Shown here piece after piece: positions 24,501-38,399 of a DNA stretch of 64,000 bases. The stretch lies in contig NC_043003.1 in assembly GCF_006345805.1 (NCBI RefSeq), positions 94,302,001 to 94,366,000 of the forward strand, read 5' to 3'. This DNA comes from Octopus sinensis (Eukaryota). The first letter of the stretch is position 1. Every line of letters begins with the position of its first letter. The notes below the pieces were generated by a model, which worked only from the letters and a program-made list of their open reading frames with translations, made no database searches and had not been told where the DNA came from. The position numbers and the translations under genes were made by a program.

Positions 24501-27283
24501 TTTTGTCCGAGAATGTGGGGCTTCTCGGTTATTACTCAAGTTGGTTACACGGAACAAATTACAGCTTACCACGGACACAAACAACTACTTAATGCAATAC
24601 ATATATCGACATAGATACAAATACATAGACTCGTGCATAATTACGTACATACTTTACATTTAATTTACTGTGTTTAAAACACTAATTTTTTTCTTCGGTT
24701 TGCATGGCAGAGCATTAAGGATTTTAGATGGTGGGCTTAACTTTTCTTTTTGTGCATTGAATTAACATAAAGTTGAAGAACCGAAGAAATCCTAATTCTT
24801 TTTAGAATATAATAAAACGAGGCATTTTTATTTATTCACCGATGATAGTGAATAATGAATAATAGTATTTGATCTAAAACAAAAAAAACAAAAAAACCAT
24901 CAGAATCGATTTCCCAGCAACAAATCTTTCAAATATTTTCAAACATTATTCTTTTCCCACATTTGCGAATCACGTACAAAGACATATTCATAAGAGAAGA
25001 ATTAAGCACAAATGGTCCACAATAATTACACATACGCACGCGTGAACACACATGGATTCTTGTACTCCTAAATACGAGTGTATTTTTCTCTTTTTAGTTT
25101 GAATGTGTTAGTGAGGAGCGGAAACGTTTGACTTGCTAATACAGAAGTGAATATTTTACTTGAAATGCAGAAGTGAATGTTGTAACTAGGGCAGGTTACC
25201 ATGATGGAATTCATATTCTCTTAAAGCTAAATCAATATGAATGTCTTATGCGCTTCTAATATTAGGAGATACAAATACAAAAACATTTATAAACGATTCC
25301 TTTATTCTTTCAAGTTACACTATGCGAAGTCAGCTCTTTTCAAAGACAAAATATCACAAAAAATATAAATAGATTTATTTTTTGTCTTTTTAGCGTTGTA
25401 AGTATTGATCTTTGAAAACTATTCAATAAAGGTATGAAATCCCTATTGAATGATTGCAATATTGCGTTATTTGAAATTTTCTTACGCTTGTGTACACACT
25501 GCGCACATATAACCTTGTTATTATTTTATACGCCTTGAATAAAGAACATTGACGTGTAACACAGCCATATTGAGTCATTTATTAAAAAAGATCGGATCTC
25601 TAGTTATAAAGACTTAGGTTATTTACGTACTGAATTATAAAAAATGTCTCACAAGAGAGTCGTAAGAAATTGCTTTTATGTTGTCGGCATTAAAGGTTTA
25701 AACCTTTGACATGTACGTTGTATTTATGATAGAGTGGATGTTCTTTTCAAAAATCAATGCCCAAATCGTCAGGGTAAAATTGTATTGCCATGAAACAAGA
25801 GGTTACCTATAAACTTTACTAAATTAATGTATTTTATATTTTATGAAATATTAATCAGTGTAATATTCGATAAGACTCTCCATTTGTCGTGTCAAACAAA
25901 CAAGTAAATTATTTTGGGCGAAGCAAAAAGGCTCATATTAAGAAAGAATAAACTCCAGCAATTTTAGCATTGAACGGAAAATTAGAAACGCTATCAGATC
26001 ACTTCTAAAGTTTTATTACGTTATAACACACTACACGCAAGAAAATTAAATTGCAAACCATTATAGCGGTTTCTTAAAGAATTACAATACATTTCAATAG
26101 GCATTCGTCGTTTAAAATCTTATCTTGCTTTGAAATTCTGAGAGGTTAATATAAATAATTTCTAGGAAAAGTTTATTATTCTAACGCAAGTAACATAATC
26201 ATATAATCTGGTGTCAATTTCCAATAAATTAAGAAAATCACAAGAATGTAGAATTAAATTACCCTATTTATAGACATACCGAATTGCTGACTGAGAATCA
26301 TAAATCATTAGCCATGAAATCGTAATTCAATTCCTTATTCGTTATCGTCTTCCGAAAGTAATTTTTCTCTGAATTACAATATAATCTCATTATATTTCTC
26401 TTATTCGTATAAAAGTGTTATTAGTAATGACATGCTGTAAAAGTGTGTCGGGTAGTACTGGGACATATTTTAACCAATGTAGCGGAATAATATTTGAAGT
26501 TGATATTGATTGAATTTAAACTGAGATTGTAGAGGATCAAAGCAAAATTTTATTCTGTTATTTACTCAAGTACAAATAACAATTACATCATGGTATAATC
26601 CATTTGAAGAACCCCTACCAAATTCGAACCCATTCACATTTTAAACCTTCTGCCCAAGAAGTCTCTTAACATTTATATGACAAAATCGTTTAGGCCTTGA
26701 ACCAGGTCAGTAATATAAATTGAATACTAGTGATTTAGGAAAATAAAATATTCATTACATTTCCCTCAACAGAGCTCCGTCTCCACGAGTTCTTTTAGAC
26801 TTACTATTCGCCAACATCAATACTGCCTTTGTAATTTTATTGTAAGAGAAATGAAAATTAAAATCAACTCCGACAAGGAATATCAAATCACAGTGAAACT
26901 AAACGAAATGATACATAGTATTTAGTCAAGCTGTCACTTTTCGGTTACAGCAGCACCATCATACTGATAGAAAATTTATATTGATATAATTAAGTCAGTG
27001 TTAGCATATTTAATGAAAGGAGCATAAAAAATACGAGAAAAATTATGCTATGAGGTTAAAAAAATCATTAGACATTGATTGATTTTTTTTGGTGAATAAT
27101 AAGAGAAAATTGTAGACTGGTTTTGGGTTATATTAAAAGATTCTTCGGCGAAGGGTAATATTTGCCGATGTTGTAAAGAAAATCGTTAAGCACTATGGAA
27201 TGTCCACTTGTGAGCGTACAAAAATGGAAAATTTCAATGATTTGGTTTTCTTTCTTTCATTCTGACTTCAATAATATGTTAAC

Positions 27284-27456
27284 ATTGATTTCAAATTTTG
27301 GCACAAGGCGCGCAAGTTCGGTACTTCTTTTATCGACCCCGACAAGATGAAAGACAAAGTCATTCTCGGTGAAATTTGAACACAGGACGTAAAGACGGAC
27401 AAAATGTCACTAGCCATTTTGCCGGATGTAATAACGATTCTGCTAACTCGCCGTCT
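27284..27456 (-). mobile_element. SINE family A
   Basis: Reverse complement of the family A head and body. Confidence 0.82.
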
Positions 27457-27475
27457 TTTGATATGTTATTATTAA

Positions 27476-27611
27476 CTGAACTCCTGCTGAGGTCGGCTTT
27501 GCCTTTCATCCTTTCGGGGTTGATAAAAGAAGTACCACTTGCACACCGGAGTCCATGCAATTGACCAGCTGATTCCCTCAAAATTTCAGGCCTTGTGACT
27601 ATAGTATAAAG
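27476..27611 (+). mobile_element. SINE family A, 5'-truncated at the B box
   Basis: gaggtcggctttgcctttcatcctttcggggttgataaaagaagtacc. Confidence 0.85.
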
Positions 27612-28334
27612 CAATTTTAAATAAACTTATGTTGATGTCTATCTAACATACAATAAATATTGTCAGTCTGACATTACTGATTCCTATGCAACACTCTAAC
27701 AAATCAAATGACGTAAAACTTATAGAATAATGTTAGAATTATAAAATAAGATTCTGGATTGATATAAAAATATACAACAGAAAATTTGCGGGACATGAGC
27801 TTGCATTTGTAAAAATATACTTGAGTAAGTGATGTGTCATTACTTGTGTATTTAGTGTGAAACATTATAATGAAATGTTCACCTGCAGTAAACTTGGCAG
27901 TTACTATGGCTGGTTGACAATTTAGAGTTATTAACTTTGATCGTAAAATCTTTAGCTTTGTCGGTCATTCTGAATTTCATGCAATATTCATATCAGATCA
28001 TTTCCTTCCTGTTCTGAGGGATTATGATTCTATAGATACATAGACATGGCTGTATGAATATATCTATTTGCATGTAAACATATAAATGTCATACAACTGT
28101 ATGCAGCTCTAAGTTCATCGTCTTTTATGAATCATTTAACTCTAGCTAATGTGTGTGTGCGTGTGTATACATATGCGTGTTTATGTTCATGTGTATATAC
28201 ATATCCATATATATTTATATATGTATGCATGTATATATACATATATGTTTATGTTTCATGTGTATATGTATATACATATATATGCATGGATATATATATA
28301 TATATGCATATATATGTATGTATGTATGCATATG

Positions 28335-28379
<45 letters not shown>

Positions 28380-28550
28380 TTGTGTGTGTATGTACCTTAG
28401 CTGGAGTGAAGTTATTCATAAAACATCTCTCGTTTCATCTTACGAATCGTTGGAAGAGGATATAAATGATGGAAATAAGGATAATTTTAAATTGAATAAA
28501 TTAATATATATGTTGATCATATATATGAATATATGTGTGCGAGCGTATTT

Positions 28551-28642
<92 letters not shown>

Positions 28643-28761
28643 TTATGGTTGTTAAAAAATGCTCATATAATAACAGAAAACTATTTTTATGAAAATAAAT
28701 AAACATAAAGCTAAATTATGAATTTAATAATTCCATGTAATAAAACCATTAATAACTGACT

Positions 28762-29821
28762 GTGCGGGGTCGAAATCGTTTACAAGCACAGTTTAAGTGG
28801 TTCTTGTTCATATCGGACTGTCGCAGCTTTCAAAGAATCTTTGGTGCTACGGGGGTGTTCATTGATATTTTTCTCAATGATGCTCATTACATAGTAGTCC
28901 AGCAGCGATCTGGAGAATTAGGAGGCCAAATATTAGAGGTGATGTGATCATCCCAATTGACGGCCATCCATTCTTGTGTTATATGAGCCTTGTGTGATGG
29001 TGCAGAATCTTGTTGAAAGACATAAAGTCTTCCATTGCATACACTGTTGATTCAAGGCTTAACAACTTTATCCAGAGCCTCAATATACGCAGCAGCATTC
29101 ACCCTAAGGCCTTGTGGAAAAAATTGAGAAGCCATAACACTTGCAGGAAATTTTGTGTGCATTACTCTTAGAACCTCAGAAGGGTCCTCACATAGCCACC
29201 TGTTATTTCTTCTGTTAGTTTTCTGATCTGGTCAAAGTTTTTCTCATCTGAGAAAAACCAAATCACACCATCTTCTGATGGATTTTTAAGTTTCTTCAAA
29301 AGTCTTTGGAATCTGATTAAACGGTTTCCTTTTGTTTTTTCTGACATGAATTGACCTCTCTTCATCGCATAAGATTTGTATCTGATGTCTTCATGCACAA
29401 AATTTCTGATTGTTTCTTCCGACACACGAAACTGTTTCGCAATTGACCTCATTTATTTTCCTGGATTTTCTTCAATGTTTTGCTTAACTTCCTGAATATA
29501 TTCAGGTGTCTTGGTAGAATCTGAGCATTTGGGATGTTTTTGTTTTATTTTTGTTTTGATACAGGTAACACGCTTCCATCTTCTTTTTCTAACTCACACC
29601 GAATTTTCTCGAGAAAAGATCTTACATCTTTCAGAAAACGAGAAATTTCTAAATCATCATCTTTAGCCTTCAAAGCCACAATCGCAGCATGCATTTTCAC
29701 TTCATTAGTAAGCATAAGTCCTGTCATTGTTATTTTCTGAAACAAAAGTTCAATAAAAAAAATTAGTCAACTAAAATAATGACTAAAAATGCATGTGTCC
29801 CCAAATACCGTCCGCATCCTG
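28762..29821 (-). mobile_element. DD37D (maT) Tc1/mariner transposon, 3'-truncated, degenerate transposase
   Basis: TIR caggatgcggacggtatttgggg next to TA at 29822. Motifs WFFSDEKNFD and QQDSAPSH...IWPPNSPD-(deletion)-LDYY give 37-residue spacing when the deletion is restored. Confidence 0.93.
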
Positions 29822-29834
29822 TATATATAAACGA

Positions 29835-30052
29835 TTGTGTGTTTCTGCGTCTGTGTTTGTCTCCCCGCAGCCACTTTACAACTTTTGTTGGCGTGTTTAC
29901 GTCCCTATAACTTAGCTGATTGCCGAAACAGACTGATAGAATAAGTACCAGGCTTTAAAAATTGGCAAGTACTGGCCTCGGTTCATTCAACTGAAAGTTC
30001 TCCAAGGTAGTGCCCCAGTATGGCCGCAGTCTAATGACTGAAACACGTAAAT

Positions 30053-30055
<3 letters not shown>
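29835..30055 (+). mobile_element. SINE family B, 3' half
   Basis: gtgtttacgtccctataacttagc...gatagaataagtaccagg...cagtatggccgcagtctaatgactgaaac. Confidence 0.85.
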
Positions 30056-30127
<72 letters not shown>

Positions 30128-30165
30128 CAATCTATAGATAGATAGATACATACATAGATAGATAG
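30055..30165. repeat. (GATA)n microsatellite
   Basis: Direct reading of the sequence. Confidence 0.98.
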
Positions 30166-31114
30166 CGGTTTTTCTTGACTTTTGTTTTGTGTGTATATTG
30201 TGAAAAACATGATAAATTATGCAAACAATTATTAAAACATAGTGAGAGAGATTATGGTAAATAGAAATGAGATTGTATAAACCACCTAATTTTACTGCAT
30301 GAAAAAGAAATAAAATAAGCCAATACTTACAATTTACAAGATAACTAGATGGATAATTTAAGAGGAAGGAATTTACTGTAGAGTAGGAGGAGAGATAATT
30401 TCAATATTTTATCAGAATGAAAATAAGATCAGAAATAAATAAAAAATGTCTTATATAATTTTAAAAACACAGACGTATATCTGTAGCGGTCGAAAACTAT
30501 CCAACAGTGATGGTGGAATTAGCTGAATTATGATTACTTGTGCCTGTGCACATCATCAGTAGCTGGTAACCTCCACCAACAATATTTAGATACATATCCC
30601 TTTTAGTGACACAGAAAAATAGTAATACTCAAATCACTAGTATTGCAAATACCAGACGGACTGGTAAAAATTATTTAGCGACAAACGTAGAAATAGTAGA
30701 AAATAGCATTATGTATACCCTACTTAACGTGGATATACTATCGAAAACCACAAAAATCTAGTATTCGTCTCCAGAAAACTTCTCATATTTAAAAACGCTC
30801 AGGTAATGTATATTTCTCTGGATTTGCGAGTAATATTTTATATTGTTGTTATTAGAAGTGTTCTTTGAAACCAAAGAAATCACGATATTTTGAAAAGTAA
30901 CTAGTAGTGATTGTGATAGAATTTAGATAGCAGATTAATATGAAAACTCTGCAGGTTATTTATTATTGAATACTAAACATGGTATGATATGATTCTTTCT
31001 CGGAATTTAGTTTAATATTAAGAATAAGTACGTTACTAGTTTTAGAATAAGTTAAGATTAATTTCAAAAGACAACAAAGCGTGGCCATGCCGTATTGTAC
31101 GATACCCAAAGTAA

Positions 31115-31320
31115 TATTAGTTTCAAATTTTGGCACACAGCCAGTATTTGTGAGGGAGGGGTACATCGATTACATCCACGTTGTTAATAGCCTGTATATA
31201 AATGCAAATATGAAAGGTAAAGATGATCTCGGCGGAATTTGAAGTCAGAACAGTATGACGGAGGATATACCGCTGAGCATTTAGCCCGGCGTGCTAACGA
31301 TTCTGCCAGCTCATCGCCTT
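31115..31320 (-). mobile_element. SINE family A, central part replaced by a 38-bp foreign patch
   Basis: Head (cgctgagcatttagcccggcgtgctaacgattctgccagctc) and tail (tttcaaattttggcac) are present. Confidence 0.85.
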
Positions 31321-31346
31321 AGTACCTGATTTAATATTACTTATAT

Positions 31347-31540
31347 AAAGCGGCAAACTGGTAGAATCGTTATCGATGCATTTCGTCCATCTTTATATTC
31401 TGAGTTTGAAGTTCTGCCGAGGTCAACTTTGCCTTCTATCCTTTCGGGGTCGATAAAGTAAGTACCAGTTGAACACCGAGGCCGCTCTAATCGACTTAAC
31501 CTATCTCCAAACCTGCTACCCTTGTGCCAAAATTTGAATT
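31347..31540 (+). mobile_element. SINE family A
   Basis: aaagcggcaaactggtagaatcgtta...gaggtcaactttgccttctatcctttcggggtcgataaagtaagtacc...gtgccaaaatttgaa. Confidence 0.88.
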
Positions 31541-32929
31541 TACTATAAGAACTTATATAATAATGATGTAAAACTAATTCCTAAGTGTTAACATGTTTCA
31601 AAGGGGTTTCCTGTACGGGCTGAATTATGCTAAGTTATTGGAACCTAAATTTTATATCTATTTGGTAAATGCTTTGTTACCTTGTGAGGAGCTGTATACA
31701 CAGAGGTTGGTATTGTAGTTGCGCACCATATGAAGAGAGACCAGCTAAATTTAGATAAGAATTCTTAGTTATACAGCGGACATTAATATCAACGTTGTTA
31801 ATAGCCTGGATATAAACGCAAATTTATACTATATTATTTCTCTTACCAAAATTCTCCTTTTTAGCATAAACAAACAAATATTATCATTACTTCAGGGAAG
31901 GCTACGTTTAATAGTGATTTGCATTATTGTAATGAGTTTCTCCGTAATAACTTTACTAATAAAATAAAATACCACATCCTGCTCTAAAGTCCTGAAGCAT
32001 AACAATAGATAAGAAAATATTATACGCTAGACACAGCCTGGAATTCTGTATAAATATCGTTAGAGAATTCTGAAAAGAAAAGTTCTTATTTTTATTTATT
32101 TTCTAATGGTTCGTTGATAGCATAAGACGTTCGTGGAAATTCGAATGAGATAAACTATTCTTGTAAAAATCTTCCAAGGTGCATTAACTATTTCAATTTT
32201 AGAAAATCTTTCTTCAACAACGACATAGTGCTTCTCCTACTTGTAACTGAATTAATCTGAACAATTAATCCATTAACGGTAATTGCACGTCGAAAGCTCC
32301 CATATATTGTGTTAAAGTTCAGCTTGATAATGAGTATTCTTTTTAATTATATTTGTTTGATTGAGAATTTAAAGTTCGCTTTTATCAACATATCCCTACA
32401 TTTAAGAAAACGGGGAAAAAACATCCCCGAGCCTTTCCAATAACATTTTAACATAAACAGAATTGACGGCATTTAGATTTTCATCTGATAAATTCTAGGC
32501 CATGCAACATGGAAACAACGTGTGTGCGTACGTGTGGGGGTGAGATGCGTGTGCGTGTGTGCGCGTGTGTTTTTGTCTGTGTGTGTGTGTACGGGCGTGT
32601 GTATGTGTGCATATATCGGTATTGTACATGCCTTGTAAATGACATGATCTGAGAATGAGTTGAAACTAAAGCAAATATATCGTAGAAGAGTTATTGTTTG
32701 ATAACGTGCAATATTTAAATACTTTCCAAATTATTCAATAGTGCATTGGATGTAATATTATTCGCCCAACTGCGACCTCATCACTGGCAATATTCTCCTG
32801 CAACTCTTTCGGAGTCTGTTAATAAACATTTCTTAAAGATTCTGTGTTATATTTTCTTTCTTTCTTGTTTCTCTCGCCTTCCCTTTGAGCTTAGAGACAT
32901 TCAGTTTGGTTCTATCTTTAAAAAGTGAC

Positions 32930-32970
32930 TGCGACCACGTGACACCCGTCGTAAACGGGTCAAAATTAGT
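32930..32970 (+). mobile_element. Possible Helitron 3' terminus (hairpin plus CTAG-like end)
   Basis: acccg-tcgtaaa-cgggt hairpin followed by caaaaTTAGt. Confidence 0.3.
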
Positions 32971-33289
32971 CATTTTTAGTTTCCTTCTTTTTCTCTGTAT
33001 ATGTGTGCACGTGTGTATTATATTACACACACACACACACATGGAAGAGGAGGAGGAGGAGGATCGCTACCACTTTTCAGAATATATCCATCCATAAAAA
33101 GACAAGATAAGTAGCCGGCCGCGGGCACGTAAGCGGCTCTTAAACCTGGGCCCAGAGTTGCATGATTTCCCCCAAATATGACACTGAAAACGAATATTAC
33201 GGCTCTGATAATTTCGACGAAAAAAATTATAGTGTCTGGCTTAACCACTTTGAGAAAGATATATTTTACCACAGACTTGAAAAGCATAT

Positions 33290-35690
33290 TTATTTGCCTT
33301 CCGTTGCAAAAGATCATCATAGTCAACCTGTGATTCCCTTGTTACATGCGAGCTTTGGTGAAAAACGAGACCAGCTCCAGAAAACAGTAATCTGTGGCAC
33401 ACAACATTTAAATTTTGGATTGAAATCTTCTGGAAACTCTCCGTTTTTCACTTTCACAAGGATCTATTTGCCTTAGACTTCTTGCAACCAATTTTAATTA
33501 TTCTATTCGAGCCTATTCTGTTCTTTGCTAAGGATTCCCATCTTCTAATATCCATAAACAGAATCTTCACATTATCATTAGCCACACCTTTGAATAGCTT
33601 CTTTGGTTTGTGATGTAGCCTACTTTTATTTGAAAGCTCCCCATAAAACAATATTTTATGAAATCTGATATCATCCATCTTGACATGACCAGACTAACGC
33701 ATTTGACTCAATACATTCACAACTGTCTCCCCTCAGTACTTCCGTATATGCTATCAAAGATAACTATTTAACTATTGAAATATGTCTAAGATAATTTTGA
33801 TGAAACCTTTCAAGTCATTTTAGGTGCCGCCTGAATGTTGCGTGCACCTCAGTTCCATGCAATAATACAGTTAGTACACATGATCTGTACGAATTACTCT
33901 AGTTACCAAATGAACGTCTGATCACCCCCACGGTCTTCTGTTTAGTTTTCCGAATGCTGAAGAAACAGTTTTATTTCTGTGATTGATTTCCGTATCGAGA
34001 GATCCATCTTAGCTGATAATCCTTCCAAAATATAAAACCCTATCTACAACGCTTAGTCCTATAAAATCAACCGTTCCGCTTGTCTAAACATGAGCTTCGC
34101 CTGGAGGAGGAGTAAACATCATTTTGTGAGGTTGATAATCAGTCCAAAAGCACAAGCCCTGAAAAAAAGGATTCATTATGTCCTGCATGTCATCTTCAAT
34201 GTGTTCAAGGAGATCAGCATCATCTGCACGGGACTAATTTCGGATAATGTCCTGAAGAGTTTTGGATTTAGCGTGAAAAGGACGGAAGTCCAAAAGGTTT
34301 GGTGTCTGAAAAAAACAAAAGCATAGCTCAGACAGTCAGCAAAATACATGGAGACTAGTGTTGGTTTTGGTATGTCACCGTTTAACACAATTGTCAGTTT
34401 TGATTGGCTCATGATATTTACCATTAGGATTACCTTTCCCTTTCATGTCCTTGTAAAATTTCTTAAACAAGTCTAAATTTTTCGAGAATTACCCGCAAAG
34501 CATTTCAATTCACAAAATCAAAGATCTTAGAAGGATCTACAAAGACCTGATACAGTGAAATCCTGTGTTCAAAGCACTTCTCATGCAATTGACACGCAGG
34601 CAATACCATGTCCATTGTGCCGAGACCTGATTTGAACCGACATTCACTTTCTGAGTCAACCGAGGGGCAGATCCAGGTCGACAATATTAAGCGATATCTT
34701 CGCAAGAACTTTGCCAACCGCCTCATGGACACTGGTACCATGATGTTTATTGCATATTGCTTTGGAACTTTTGCGCTTGTACAAGGATATTATGATTGCA
34801 TCTAATCTTCGGGTATATCGCCTCCCTCACAGATTCTTAATATGTCTCCTCCATATCTCTAAAGCTCAACAAGAATTCCATCAAGACCAAGAGTCTTCCC
34901 GTTATTTCCATAATTGCTGATTCAATCTCAGCCAATGTAGGTAAATTCATCATCCAAGCAATTATGCCTATTTGGTCGAGACTATTGGTTATCTCCAAAC
35001 CAATTTCTCTTCAGTTGTAAAACAAATCAGTGAAATATTCCTGCCATCGCTTGATAATGCTATCAGAATTCTTATACAAATTACCATCATGCCTAGATAA
35101 TACAAGTGATACACTAGATGAATTAGGCCTAAAACCTTCAGTGCGCTTGAATCTTTCTTACTATATGCATTTTGAGTTTCTGACGTAATGCTAGCCAACC
35201 TCTTATTTTCATTCTTCTCCGTTCCCGTTGCAATGTTGCTTTCGATTGTTTGAAAGAGGCTTAAACAGCTGGTACCTGTGGCACTTGCTTTGAACATTTT
35301 GAGATTCTCGCTTGTGTTTCAGAAGGTTGCTAATTACGCGATTATTTTCACCAAGCCATACTCTGTATTTTTTCTTGCAACTTAATGTTTGCCCCAACCA
35401 TATATTCAACGCTCTTAAAATTTTCCCATGTCCCAACAAATTCTATTTCAGCACTTTCATATAAACTGGGGTAAGTTTTCACACACCTCAATAATGTCCA
35501 ATTTTGAAATGTCAATGCATTTAGGAACCTTAATTCCATAAAATCTTAATTTTTGTCTTACTCCTATCTTTAATTTACATCTTAAAAGGAAACGATCCGC
35601 CCCACACTCTGCTCCATGCTTTACTTTTATATGCAAATCCTGATTTTTAGTGATGATAACCATGTATATAATCTCGTATATAGACACGTT
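33290..35690 (-). pseudogene. RTE-clade LINE, 5'-truncated and degenerate (EN C-terminus, RT, C-terminal Cys/His motif)
   Basis: HGAECGADRFLLRCKLKI; FKSGLGTMDMVL..CQLHEKCFEH..LYQVFVDPSKIFDFVN; MDDIRFHKILFYGEL...WESLAKNR; VCHRLLFSGAGLVFHQSSH. Confidence 0.92.
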
Positions 35691-35769
35691 TTGGTGTTGT
35701 GTGTGTCAATGTGGGTTTATGATTATCTTTTTGATAGGAGAATGCATTGCGAGCCACCGATCCAAACTG

Positions 35770-36020
35770 CATAAGTTGAGGAATATATTATTCATTATCA
35801 TTCATTTTGCCTAGACCATGTCGGTCTCTTCTATTCTATGTATCTTCTCAGTCCCTGCTGCAATGTTGCTTTCGATTGTTTGAAAATGGCTTTAGCGGCT
35901 GATGACTCTGCAACATTTCCTGTAAGAATTTTTAGGTTAAATTGTTATTTCTGTTTAAGAAGGCTGTCAATTATGCGCTTGTTTTCATCAAACTAAACTC
36001 TGTATTTCTTTTCTTGAAAA
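35770..36020 (-). mobile_element. Second, diverged RTE fragment paralogous to 35215-35390
   Basis: tgcaatgttgctttcgattgtttgaaa...ctctgtattt is shared, with clear divergence elsewhere. Confidence 0.7.
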
Positions 36021-36220
36021 CTACACAAGCAATAAAGTCAAAAAACTAAAGGAATCTTTTCTTCCTTGAGTATAGAGGAAAGTATGACTTTAAGATCCTG
36101 GTAAAAACCTAAAATAAATTTTTCACCAGTGGTCATAGTCGGTGCATATGCAGGATTAGGTATATATATATATATATGTATATATATATTTATATACATG
36201 TGTGTATGTATGTATGCATG

Positions 36221-36261
<41 letters not shown>

Positions 36262-36284
36262 TATATATATATAATATACCTATG

Positions 36285-36945
36285 GTTATATGTTATTTAA
36301 AATAATATATGCTCCATTTAAATCGACTAAACCCCCAAACAATTGACTGAAAAGGATGGGCCGAACTACTGGGAACTGAACACGACATCAATGCTTACAT
36401 GGCTCCATACTCATCCAATTTACCTACATAACCAACTCATTAATTTCAAACAATTCTAGTCAATTTAAGCATTGATGGCGTGTTCAATCCCCAGTGGTCC
36501 AGCCCGTCATTTTTCAGTCAATTATTTGGGTTTAGTCGCTTAAAATGGACCACATATTATTGTAAATAATATATAGTTATTAGTTTTCATTAAAAAGTAC
36601 CTATGTGTGTCGCTCTTTTCCGTATTTTACAGTCTTCATGTTTGTTTACAAATTTATAAATATATATGCTAGACTAAAATTATCTATACATTAAAATTGG
36701 CTGAAATTGATGGGTAGGCTATGTGGGTGAAATGGGTGCGTACGGAGCCATGTAAGCATTGGTGTTATGTTCAATCTTCAGTGGTTCGGCCCGTCTTTTT
36801 TCCGCCACTTTTTTGCGTTTAGTTGATTTAAGTGGAGCATATATTATTGTAAACAATATATAATTATAGTTATTATTTAAAAAGACGTATTTGTGTCGCT
36901 CTTCTCCGTAATTTACAGACTTCGGATTTGTTTACATATATATGT
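36285..36945. repeat. Three diverged copies of a 150-240-bp unit: one inverted (36285-36450) and two direct (36463-36650, 36700-36945)
   Basis: Shared core taagcattg.tg..gtgttca.t...cagt.gt.c.gccc.tc...; the distal copies share ggagccatgtaagcattg and ggagcatatattatt. Confidence 0.8.
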
Positions 36946-36985
36946 ATATATGTGTATACATGTGTGTGTTGTATATAGTTATATG

Positions 36986-37023
<38 letters not shown>

Positions 37024-37084
37024 CATTATATAAACACATGTAAAAGTATATATATATGAATGTTTATACACACACACACATATT

Positions 37085-37133
<49 letters not shown>

Positions 37134-38399
37134 GTTACGTTAATCAGAATTTATCATTAAACCTTAAACTCCATCGATCTAGGTTTTCTCGTAATTTGTT
37201 GTTAGTCACTACATCATCACTATATATTGACGTAGTGTATAGGATTCCAAATTTTCTCCTTCTTTTGATATATAAATGCAAGAAATAACGATAATTACAA
37301 TGGAGTATCGAGAAGAAAACAAAACAGTGGAAGTATTAAGTATTAAATACTGAATATTAAATATGTTTCTTTTATTTACTGAACATACCATAAATTTAGT
37401 TAAAAGACGTATACAGATTATAGACGATTATATAAATAATATTTACATATTATTATCATTCATGTAAACAATAAATAAAAGAAGTTTTAAGTTATTATTT
37501 ATTAATTTTGAAATATACGAAGAACGCAAAAAAATAACAACTAAAAACTGATATTTATAACAAATAATATTGTAATATTAAAATTGTAGTTATGAGCAAA
37601 TGTTTTCAAGAAACTGTTTTTTGTTTTACTTTTTTGTTGAGAAACGTAATTATCTATACTGTTTCTGATACGTTTGTGCAATATCTGTATTTCGTCTTTT
37701 GGTTGGTTTCTTTAAAGATTTTGCCACTTGATAAGGGTTTGGGTCCGTTGTGATCCACGTATTCTTTGTAACGGAATTAAATTATTCTTGCCCATTGAAG
37801 TATTTTCCTTGTTACATAATTTTAATTTATTTACGTTATGTATTAAATAAAACAATAAAAAAACACTTCACAGATCATTTACATCAATGATTTGGCATCT
37901 ACTCGCCTTAGGCATGCAATCTCAACTGAAATCAAAACAAACATAAACACCTAAAACCATAATAACAGAATTAAACACAACCAAATGACACTCTAATTTG
38001 AATGCTGATGACAACTTTACCCTTTCGATGGACAAACTGACAACGAATTTTCCCTGCATAGAACTAACCGACTACTAACGGACTGTCGAACTGGCGATGA
38101 AATGAGCTAACGACAAACTGATCTAGCAACTAAGTGACCTAGCACAATGTGATAGTTAACTAATTATCCAGGTTTCAAAATGGCTGGCAATGAAATGATC
38201 TGGTGTGGAATCGACACGGTGTCTAATTGACCGACGACCAACGGACTGGCGACGAAACTTTGGCAGTAGATATCGTTTGTATGTCTTATTTTTAGGTCTT
38301 TATATAAGTTCAATGCAATTTTTCCATATGTATACACATTTTCTTTATCGTTAAGGAATTTTTTTTTTTTAATTCCATCCAAGTACGTGTTTTTTGGTT

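Noticed and set aside
33162-33476. 104-aa plus-strand ORF
   Set aside because: Largely antisense to the 3' end of the RTE element, with no independent support.
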